Of a stretch of 64,000 nt of DNA, positions 58,036-64,000 are shown one piece after another. The notes beneath the pieces are model-generated. The model was not told the DNA's origin and did no database searches. It saw only the letters and a program-made list of their open reading frames with translations. How positions within the stretch are numbered: the stretch's first letter is position 1; each line of letters starts with the position of its first letter. The DNA is from an uncultured Rikenellaceae bacterium (GTDB lineage Bacteria; Bacteroidota; Bacteroidia; Bacteroidales; VadinHA17): positions 66,881 through 130,880 of the forward strand of contig CAZEUL010000004.1 of the NCBI GenBank assembly GCA_964514725.1, written 5' to 3'. Position numbers and translations under genes: made by a program.

Positions 58036-58911
58036 ATGAGCATTCTTGTAAATAAAGATTCAAAGGTAATTGTACAGGGTTTTACCGGAAGTGAAGGAAC
58101 TTTCCATGCGGGTCAGATGATTGAATATGGGACAAGGGTCGTCGGGGGGATTACTCCGGGTAAAGGAGGTCAGAATCATCTTGGCCTTCCCGTGTTCAAC
58201 ACTGTTAGGGAAGCTGTTAGTGCGACCGGAGCTGACGTTTCTGTGATATTTGTACCTCCGTCTGCAGGTGCTGATGCTATTATGGAAGCTGCAGATGCCG
58301 GAATAAGACTGGTAGTTACCATAACGGAGGGAATTCCGGTCTCTGACATGGTTATGGTAAAAGAATACCTCAGATCCGCTTCCTGCAGGCTCATAGGGCC
58401 AAACTGCCCTGGAATAATAACTCCCGGTGAAGCCAAGATAGGTATAATGCCCGGTTTTATACACAGGAAAGGCCATATCGGTATAATTTCACGCTCCGGT
58501 ACTCTTACTTATGAAGCCGTCGATCAGGTTACCAAACTTGGAATGGGTCAGTCTACATGTATTGGAATAGGAGGTGACCCTATTGTTGGAACTACTACAC
58601 TTGATGCTGTAAAGCTAATGATGGATGACGATGACACATCAGCAATAGTTATAATCGGTGAGATAGGTGGAACAATGGAAACAGAGGCTGCCTGGTGGAT
58701 TAAGGAAAACAAAACCAAGCCGGTGATCGGGTTTATTGCCGGACAAACAGCTCCAAAAGGACGCAGGATGGGACATGCAGGTGCAATAATAGGAGGGAAG
58801 GATGATACTGCCGCAGCCAAAATAGCAATAATGAAAGAATGCGGGATTCTTACTGTAGAATCACCTGCTGACATAGGTGCAACAGTGCTTAAAGCTCTAG
58901 AGTACAATTAA
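58036..58911 (+). CDS. sucD: succinate--CoA ligase subunit alpha
   Basis: Contains [37 protein letters not shown] and the phosphohistidine loop GHAGAII. The start is trimmed to [10 protein letters not shown] (ATG at 58036). No sucC gene is adjacent. Confidence 0.95.
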   Translation: MSILVNKDSKVIVQGFTGSEGTFHAGQMIEYGTRVVGGITPGKGGQNHLGLPVFNTVREAVSATGADVSVIFVPPSAGADAIMEAADAGIRLVVTITEGIPVSDMVMVKEYLRSASCRLIGPNCPGIITPGEAKIGIMPGFIHRKGHIGIISRSGTLTYEAVDQVTKLGMGQSTCIGIGGDPIVGTTTLDAVKLMMDDDDTSAIVIIGEIGGTMETEAAWWIKENKTKPVIGFIAGQTAPKGRRMGHAGAIIGGKDDTAAAKIAIMKECGILTVESPADIGATVLKALEYN

Positions 58912-58998
58912 TTTGAAAATGACATCATTGATTGTTTAAATATAGAAAAAGCGATTTTCCGGTATTTCAAAAAATCATGATCCTTTAATAACTTTTTG

Positions 58999-59034
58999 CG
59001 GACTTTAGAGACTTTACGGACTTTAGAGACTTTA
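58999..59034. repeat. perfect 18-bp tandem duplication (four 9-mers, sGGACTTTA/GAGACTTTA) just upstream of the fabG -7 box
   Basis: CGGACTTTAGAGACTTTA occurs at 58999-59016 and again at 59017-59034. Confidence 0.9.
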
Positions 59035-59037
59035 TCC

Positions 59038-59045
59038 TATATTTG
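59038..59045 (+). promoter_or_regulatory. candidate -7 promoter box TATATTTG for fabG
   Basis: Matches TAnnTTTG, 23 nt upstream of the fabG ATG. The same cCTATATTTGC string precedes tRNA-Thr. Confidence 0.5.
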
Positions 59046-59067
59046 CAGCAATACAAATTCAATTAAC

Positions 59068-59814
59068 ATGAAACTACTCGAAGGTAAAACAGCTCTTATA
59101 ACAGGGGCATCACGCGGCATAGGAAAAGCGATAGCTCAGAAATTTGCCAGGGAAGGTGCGAATATTGCAGTTACAAATATTGTTGAAGATGATGAATTCA
59201 TCAATACAATTGATGAACTTAAAATACTTAATGTCCAGGTTCGGGGATATGTTTCGAATGCATCAAGCTATGAGGATTCTCAGAGAATTGTGGGGGAGAT
59301 AATCAAAGATTTCGGAAGGCTTGATATTCTTGTTAACAATGCGGGAATTACAAGAGACACACTATTAATGAGGATGACAGAGGAGCAATGGGATACTGTT
59401 ATTTCAGTCAACCTGAAATCGGTTTTCAACCTTACAAAAGCAGTTCTCCAGGCTATGCTGAAGCAGAAAAATGGTTCAATTATTAACATGAGTTCAGTAG
59501 TAGGAGTCTCAGGCAATGCTGGTCAAAGCAACTATTCAGCTTCCAAGGCTGGGATTCTGGGGTTCACAAAAAGCGTAGCAAAAGAGCTTGGATCAAGAAA
59601 CATAAGATGCAATGCTATTGCACCGGGTTTCATTCTCACCGAAATGACTGAGAACCTTCCTCCTGATATTAAAAGTGACTGGATAAACAAAATACCTTTG
59701 AAACGAGGCGGAACACCGGAAGATGTAGCCAATGCAGCTCTGTTTCTGGCTTCAGATCTCTCATCATACATTACCGGACAAACAATTCAGGTCTGTGGAG
59801 GTATGTTAACATAA
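59068..59814 (+). CDS. fabG: 3-oxoacyl-[acyl-carrier-protein] reductase FabG
   Basis: 248 aa. Contains TGASRGIGKAIA, NNAG and the catalytic S...YSASKAG pattern. The C-terminus is GQTIQVCGGM. The start is trimmed to MKLLEGK (59068). Confidence 0.93.
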   Translation: MKLLEGKTALITGASRGIGKAIAQKFAREGANIAVTNIVEDDEFINTIDELKILNVQVRGYVSNASSYEDSQRIVGEIIKDFGRLDILVNNAGITRDTLLMRMTEEQWDTVISVNLKSVFNLTKAVLQAMLKQKNGSIINMSSVVGVSGNAGQSNYSASKAGILGFTKSVAKELGSRNIRCNAIAPGFILTEMTENLPPDIKSDWINKIPLKRGGTPEDVANAALFLASDLSSYITGQTIQVCGGMLT

Positions 59815-59824
59815 TTATTTTTAT

Positions 59825-59927
59825 TATATTTGTGGAACCGCAGGGCGCCTATCCTTTTAGCACGAGGAAATGCAGCGAGACATATTTATTCCACAATTAT
59901 TTTAAACAGGCGCCCTGCTTCTTTTTT
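59825..59927 (+). promoter_or_regulatory. candidate structured leader or terminator between fabG and the M48 peptidase gene
   Basis: A TATATTTG box lies at 59825-59832. GCAGGGCGCCT (59840-59850) and its perfect complement AGGCGCCCTGC (59908-59918) enclose 57 nt and are followed by TTCTTTTTT. The ATG of the next gene is at 59941. Confidence 0.4.
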
Positions 59928-59940
59928 ATGATATTTTGCA

Positions 59941-61167
59941 ATGCACAATACTGTTTATTTCCTGATCCTGATAATTCCTGTTTTCGGATTTCTGCTTGAG
60001 AGATATCTTGAGCATCTCAATTCCGGAATGTGGTCAGATACTGTCCCTGAAAAACTTAGAGGCATCTGCGATGAGGAAGAATATAAAAAAACCAGACTTT
60101 ATGAAAGGGAAAATAAAAAACTTTCATTCTGGTCATCGCTTCTGAATCTTTTGGTAATAATTCTTATGATAACATCCGGAGGATTTGCTTTTATTGATCA
60201 GATAGCCAGATCGGTAAGTAATAACCTTGTGGTTGTATCCCTTGTTTTCTTTGGCATTATTGGCCTTATTTCAGAAATAATTAACATCCCATTTGGCTGG
60301 TATGACACTTTCGTGATTGAAAAACGGTTTGGTTTTAACAAAATGACTACTCATACTTTCATCACTGATCATATTAAGTCGTGGTTACTTGCTCTACTGA
60401 TCGGTATTCCTGTGCTCGGAATCATTACCTGGGTATATTACCTGAGCGGAAATGGATTTTGGCTTTATGCCTGGGGACTTATTACATTGCTGACAATATT
60501 TCTGAACCTGTTCTATTCAGAGTTGATAGTTCCTCTTTTCAATAAGCAGACACCTTTGGAAAAAGGCACCTTAAGAGAAAAAATTGAAAATTTTGCTCTG
60601 AAGACCGGGTTCAAATTGAAGGATATTTATATTATCGACGGATCGAAAAGGTCAACAAAAGCGAATGCGTATTTTTCCGGATTTGGCCCTAAAAAGAGAA
60701 TAGTCCTTTTTGACACACTTCTAAAGGAACTAAATGAAGAAGAGATAGTTGCTGTTCTTGCTCATGAGATAGGACACTTTAAAAAAAGACATGTAATAAG
60801 AAACCTGATAACTTCAGTGATACTGACAGGTTTTATGCTGTTTATTTTTTCAGTATTAGTTGACAATCCAATGCTTTCCAGTGCTCTTGGCTCAGAGAAT
60901 ACCAGCTTTCATCTTGGATTGGTGGTTTTTGGTATTCTTTATAGCCCTCTTTCACTTTTAATAGGTCTGGGAGCTAATAGTATCTCAAGGAAGAATGAAT
61001 ATGAAGCAGACAGATTTGTAAAAGATAATTATGAGCCTGGAATCCTTGCTTCAGCACTTAAAAAACTATCAGTGAATAACCTGACAAATATGTTACCGCA
61101 TCCGGTTTATGTTTTTTTTCATTACTCTCATCCTCCTCTTCTTGCACGACTGGAAAAACTGGAATGA
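59941..61167 (+). CDS. M48-family zinc metallopeptidase (Ste24/HtpX-like)
   Basis: 408 aa, multi-TM, with the HEIGHFKKRH (HExxH) motif and a downstream NEYEADRF glutamate. The architecture matches CAAX-protease-like M48A enzymes. Confidence 0.88.
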   Translation: MHNTVYFLILIIPVFGFLLERYLEHLNSGMWSDTVPEKLRGICDEEEYKKTRLYERENKKLSFWSSLLNLLVIILMITSGGFAFIDQIARSVSNNLVVVSLVFFGIIGLISEIINIPFGWYDTFVIEKRFGFNKMTTHTFITDHIKSWLLALLIGIPVLGIITWVYYLSGNGFWLYAWGLITLLTIFLNLFYSELIVPLFNKQTPLEKGTLREKIENFALKTGFKLKDIYIIDGSKRSTKANAYFSGFGPKKRIVLFDTLLKELNEEEIVAVLAHEIGHFKKRHVIRNLITSVILTGFMLFIFSVLVDNPMLSSALGSENTSFHLGLVVFGILYSPLSLLIGLGANSISRKNEYEADRFVKDNYEPGILASALKKLSVNNLTNMLPHPVYVFFHYSHPPLLARLEKLE

Positions 61168-61172
61168 ATTCC

Positions 61173-61180
61173 TATATTTG
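61173..61180 (+). promoter_or_regulatory. candidate -7 promoter box TATATTTG for tRNA-Thr
   Basis: Matches TAnnTTTG, 10 nt upstream of the first tRNA nucleotide. Confidence 0.5.
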
Positions 61181-61190
61181 CGGTGTGTTT

Positions 61191-61263
61191 GCCTCCTTAG
61201 CTCAGCCGGTAGAGCAGCTCATTCGTAATGAGCAGGTCGTGGGTTCGAGTCCCATTGGAGGCT
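61191..61263 (+). tRNA. tRNA-Thr (anticodon CGU)
   Basis: Hand-folded cloverleaf. The acceptor is GCCTCCT/TGGAGGC with one T-T mismatch at 7:66. The D arm is GCTC-AGCCGGTA-GAGC. The anticodon arm is GCTCA-TTCGTAA-TGAGC. The T arm is GTGGG-TTCGAGT-CCCAT. Confidence 0.85.
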
Positions 61264-61279
61264 CAAAGGTCTTGCTGAA

Positions 61280-61624
61280 TTGAGTTTCTGGGTTTACATA
61301 CTGTATTCTGAATCAACTGATTCATTTTATAAAGGGCAGACTCAAAATATTGAGCAAAGGTTAATGCGTCATAATAATGGTTATTAGAAATCTACCAAAA
61401 AAGGTATTCCTTGGAAGCTGGTCTGGAGAGCAGAAATGGACAGCAGATCTTCAGCATTGATACTTGAGAAAAAGTTAAAGAATCTCAGTCATAGCAGGCT
61501 TCAGAAATTAATCAAAAAGTACAATGGAGGTATTGTCATGGATCCTGACGCCCTGACCGAAGCATCAGGGGTCACGATTCTGACCGAACCGTCAGCATTC
61601 AATCACCTTAAAGACTCAGATTGA
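61280..61624 (+). pseudogene. GIY-YIG nuclease-family gene interrupted by an in-frame TAG
   Basis: Translation from TTG 61280 reads (M)SFWVYILYSESTDSFYKGQTQNIEQRLMRHNNGY*KSTKKGIPWKLVWRAEMDSRSSALILEKKLKNLSHSRLQKLIKKY. This is the GIY...YxGxT...R...H...PW.L core of small GIY-YIG proteins, with a stop at 61385-61387. The ORF track lists only the downstream part (61436-61624). Confidence 0.7.
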
Positions 61625-61635
61625 TTGTGGTTTAA

Positions 61636-61748
61636 GGATTTTGGATTGCGGATTTTGGATTGCAGATTGCGGATTTCGGATTTATTGCTAATTTTGCTTT
61701 GGATCTCAGGACAAATCCGAAATCGGCAATCCGGATTCCGGAATCGGT
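61636..61748. repeat. inverted arrays of GGATTnn heptamers forming a long imperfect hairpin
   Basis: The left array is GGATTTT GGATTGC GGATTTT GGATTGC AGATTGC GGATTTC GGATTTA. The right array (reverse-complement sense) is AAATCCG AAATCGG CAATCCG GATTCCG GAATCGG. Positions 61665-61683 pair with 61713-61731 at 18 of 19 positions around a 29-nt loop. Confidence 0.85.
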
Positions 61749-61752
61749 AAAT

Positions 61753-61808
61753 GCGGGAGTAGCTCAGTTGGCAGTCCGCCGATTGGCGGATCCCAAGCTG
61801 AGGGTCGC
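61753..61808 (+). pseudogene. partial, rearranged duplicate of tRNA-Gly (tRNA fragment)
   Basis: 61753-61774 is identical to 61820-61841 (acceptor 5' strand plus D stem/loop). 61791-61808 is identical to 61852-61869 (anticodon loop through the start of the T stem). The 10 nt between them in the real gene are replaced by a 16-nt hairpin, TCCGCC-GATT-GGCGGA. The T arm and 3' acceptor strand are missing. Confidence 0.8.
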
Positions 61809-61819
61809 TCTAAAGAAAT

Positions 61820-61892
61820 GCGGGAGTAGCTCAGTTGGCAGAGCATCAGCTTCCCAAGCTGAGGGTCGCGGGTTCGAATCCCGTTTCCCGCT
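61820..61892 (+). tRNA. tRNA-Gly (anticodon CCC)
   Basis: Hand-folded cloverleaf. The acceptor is GCGGGAG/TTCCCGC. The D arm is GCTC-AGTTGGCA-GAGC. The anticodon arm is TCAGC-TTCCCAA-GCTGA. The T arm is GCGGG-TTCGAAT-CCCGT. Confidence 0.9.
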
Positions 61893-61961
61893 CTTACCCG
61901 CCGCAGCTTTAGCGAAGGCGGGGCTTACCTGTCAAACCTTTATACAAGGCGGTCCAAAAAT

Positions 61962-61999
61962 AAAAAAGGAGTTAGAGAGATCTTACTCCTTTTTTATTT
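61962..61999. terminator. strong bidirectional intrinsic terminator downstream of tRNA-Gly
   Basis: AAAAAAGGAGT-tagagagatctt-ACTCCTTTTTT is an 11-bp perfect stem with an A-run on one side and a T-run on the other. Confidence 0.75.
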
Positions 62000-62342
62000 C
62001 TAGTTGGTTGAAACATAGTTGAAATATTATCTAAGTGTTTTCATAATAAGTTTTACCTTGAAAATTAATCTCGTAACAAATGGGGTTAATTATAAAATCA
62101 TATTTTTGGTATGCGACCTTATTTGATCTTTTTAACATCAGGAGCTTAAAGTCTTCAGTATGTAATACTGAATAAAGATCCCATATTTGCACTAGTATCT
62201 CATAAGCATCCTTTTAATCCTTAATCTGAGGGCTGTCAAATTCCTTGACCTTTGTTCTGTAGATTAGTTTTACTTCTGTAATTATTTGAATTGATTTAAT
62301 AGTTATTTGGTTAAAATTGTTAATTGGTTGATATATAAACAT

Positions 62343-62370
62343 AAAAGCCTGAGACAATAATCCCAGGCTT
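62343..62370 (-). terminator. intrinsic terminator downstream of the GNAT gene
   Basis: The minus strand reads AAGCCTG-ggattattgtct-CAGGCTT followed by TTAT, about 200 nt after the GNAT stop. Confidence 0.5.
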
Positions 62371-62575
62371 CAATGTTACACGTTGAGGTTTTTCTTTTCT
62401 AAAATGGATGACTTATATACAACCTAACTGCAACCATTTTAGCATGTGGCTTTATTTGTGTAATTTATCCCTCTTTAAGATCTTTAAGGGTACACCGGTT
62501 TAACTTTAATTAACCGGAAACTCTGCTTTTCATAGCAGCTGTCCGTGTTAGGTTTTCGTAGCAATTGTTATCTTG

Positions 62576-62968
62576 TCAATTAGAATTATCCACTTTCTTT
62601 TTCATTTTAATTAAAGCTACGGGTAACGATTTTTTGTCAAATCTTTTCTCAATTTCATAAGGGACATATCCTAATTTAGAGTACAATAATAATCCAGTCA
62701 CGTTCTGATTAAAACAAGAAATATGAATCTCTTTTACCTTGTACTTACTTATTGCTTTCTCTTCCATAATATTGATCAGGTAAGTTCCAACACCTTTTGC
62801 ACGAAATATTGGATTTACAATCACATTTCCAATCGAACAGTACTGGTTCTCTATAACTTCATAAAATGTACATGAAAAATCCCGATTGACACACAAACGA
62901 ATAAAAATCCAGTCCGTGCGTTGTGGCTCCTTCGTGTTCGTGACACATTCGTAAATTGGAGCAAACAA
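62576..62968 (-). CDS. GNAT-family N-acetyltransferase, probably 5'-truncated or altered by the adjacent IS remnant
   Basis: The acetyl-CoA motif A region is IVNPIFRAKGVGTYLINIMEEKA, followed by CFNQNVTGLLLYSKLGYV. Only about 40-50 residues precede motif A. The first residues are encoded by GC-richer DNA shared with the IS110 5' end. Confidence 0.6.
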   Translation of the reverse strand: MFAPIYECVTNTKEPQRTDWIFIRLCVNRDFSCTFYEVIENQYCSIGNVIVNPIFRAKGVGTYLINIMEEKAISKYKVKEIHISCFNQNVTGLLLYSKLGYVPYEIEKRFDKKSLPVALIKMKKKVDNSN

Positions 62969-63591
62969 ATTTTATCAAGATGCACAAAACAAGCGGACTG
63001 GACGTACACAAAGATACAATTTTTTGTGGCGTTTTCGATGACAAGAACCATCAGGAAGTTAAGGAGTTTTCCACATTAACCTCGTCAATTATGGCACTGG
63101 GGGAGTATTTAAAAAGCGAAGAGGTAGAGGATGTAGCTCTGGAGAGTACGGGAATGTACTGGATTGCCGTTTGGAATATTCTGGAAGAAATGGGATTTAA
63201 CCTGACACTGGTTAACCCCTATTTTATAAAACAAATGCCCGGGCGGAAAAGCGATGTAAAAGATGCACAATGGACAGCAACCCTGTTGCATAAAGGGTTG
63301 GTCCGAAGCAGTTTGATCCCGTGCAAAGAGATACGGGAGTTAAGGACATACAGTCGCAAATATATCAGGCTTCAGCAACGAAAGACCTCCGTATTAAAGG
63401 AAATGGAGAGGAACCTGGAGATGTGTGGAATCCGAATCACCAGGTTTGTAAGCAACATATCGGGTAAAAGCGTTATGAAGATAATCCGTGCAATCATAGA
63501 TGAAGAAAGCAATCCTGAGGTTCTGTCCGGGTATATACAAGGACCTTATAGGGGAAATGTGAACCGTCGATCATCAAGAACACAAACATGA
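62956..63591 (+). mobile_element. IS110-family transposase gene remnant (N-terminal DEDD domain only)
   Basis: Contains MHKTSGLDVHKDTIFCGV...VALESTGMYWIAVWNILEEMGFNLTLVNPYFIKQMPGRKSDVKDAQW, the IS110 N-terminal catalytic domain (likely ATG at 62980). The reading frame ends after 211 codons. A possible homologous continuation (QEHKHELMF) appears in another frame and then stops. The C-terminal domain is absent. Confidence 0.75.
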
Positions 63592-63798
63592 GTTAATGTT
63601 CTGCCAATTTCGTGGAACCAAACTCGCAGGAGAAACTCGCTACCCGAAAAGCGAAACAAATTGGGAGAGATTTATAGGAGAAAGTTATTAAATTCCTGTC
63701 CAGTTTTTTAAGACCATTATATTTCTCACTGATGTACTTCTGAATAATTGCTTTCTGAAAAAATAATCTTATCCCAACTGAACTGATAACAAACCGGT

Positions 63799-64000
63799 TC
63801 AATACCTGTCGTATTTGCCGTCAATTATCACCTTCTTCACTGCTTCAAGATAACCGAATCCGTTGAGCATGTCGGGCAACAGATAACTTCCTTCCACCCA
63901 TTCGTTCCAGGCGTTTATAGTTATCAGCCGGGGCTGTCCGGGATGAGTGTCGGCAAACTTTTTTGCCTTAGACAGCAGGGCTTCAAAACTCTGTGGCGTG
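63799..64000 (-). CDS. C-terminal end of a WbsX-type / GH99-like domain protein (5' part outside the window)
   Basis: Manual minus-strand translation gives ...FADTHPGQPRLITINAWNEWVEGSYLLPDMLNGFGYLEAVKKVIIDGKYDRY* (stop at 63799-63801). INAWNEWxEGSYLxPD is the signature block I associate with WbsX-family proteins. Confidence 0.6.
   Translation of the reverse strand, partial: TPQSFEALLSKAKKFADTHPGQPRLITINAWNEWVEGSYLLPDMLNGFGYLEAVKKVIIDGKYDRY

Noticed and set aside
59825-59927. Possibility that the fabG-M48 intergenic structure is the SRP (4.5S) RNA
   Set aside because: GGAA and GCAGC strings are present, but they are not embedded in the conserved domain IV hairpin (no closing stem around GGAA). 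It is kept only as an unclassified structured element.
61636-61748. Heptamer repeat arrays as a CRISPR array
   Set aside because: The repeat unit is 7 nt with no spacers, the arrays are inverted relative to each other, and no cas genes are present.
61660-62022. 120-aa ORF in the track spanning the heptamer repeats and both tRNA-Gly copies
   Set aside because: It reads straight through a well-folding tRNA gene, its partial duplicate and a terminator. The translation is low-complexity (Arg/Ala-rich from GC tRNA sequence). It is almost certainly not coding.
63593-63802. 69-aa minus-strand ORF considered as the missing N-terminus of the GNAT gene displaced by the IS110 insertion
   Set aside because: No GNAT N-terminal pattern is present. 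The FSCEF/FSCTF resemblance at the supposed junction has no nucleotide-level support. The ORF starts right at the stop of the WbsX-like gene.

Overview
This 64-kb window looks like a chromosomal segment from a Bacteroidota-type genome. That assignment is inference, based on TAnnTTTG -7 promoter boxes, a VTC/DUF4956 gene pair, a GIY-YIG gene beside tRNAs and Ser-type sulfatases with an anSME maturase. I cannot name the organism. All family assignments come from motifs read by eye and sequences recalled from memory; no searches were run.

Content from left to right:
1. An L-rhamnose locus: a GH78 rhamnosidase cut by the left edge, then rhaT, rhaM, rhaA and an FGGY kinase.
2. A four-gene VTC (polyphosphate-polymerase-like) / DUF4956 / beta-barrel operon.
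3. The most unusual region (11.1-25.1 kb): an 11-gene, tightly coupled minus-strand operon. It combines four PQQ-like propellers and one NHL-like propeller with a NapG/NapH-type Tat-ferredoxin and membrane polyferredoxin pair. It also holds an unlisted 57-aa Cys-rich membrane peptide, a GT4 glycosyltransferase and a YbbA/YbbP-like ABC transporter. A further PQQ-like propeller gene converges on the operon end. No recognisable terminal redox enzyme is present.
4. asnB.
5. A sulfatase island: six tandem Ser-type sulfatases, an esterase, an orphan 897-aa protein and a radical-SAM anSME maturase. There is no SusC/SusD pair.
6. A set of Tat-exported or periplasmic oxidoreductases, including a DoxX fusion protein and its free-standing paralogue.
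7. Housekeeping genes: mnmE, sucD, fabG and an M48 peptidase.
8. An AraC / outer-membrane protein / MMPL / LolA-like export operon.
9. A tRNA-Thr / tRNA-Gly region with a nonsense-disrupted GIY-YIG gene, heptamer repeat arrays forming a long hairpin, and a partial tRNA-Gly duplication.
10. An AT-rich segment with a GNAT gene abutted by a decayed IS110 element, then a WbsX/GH99-like gene cut by the right edge.
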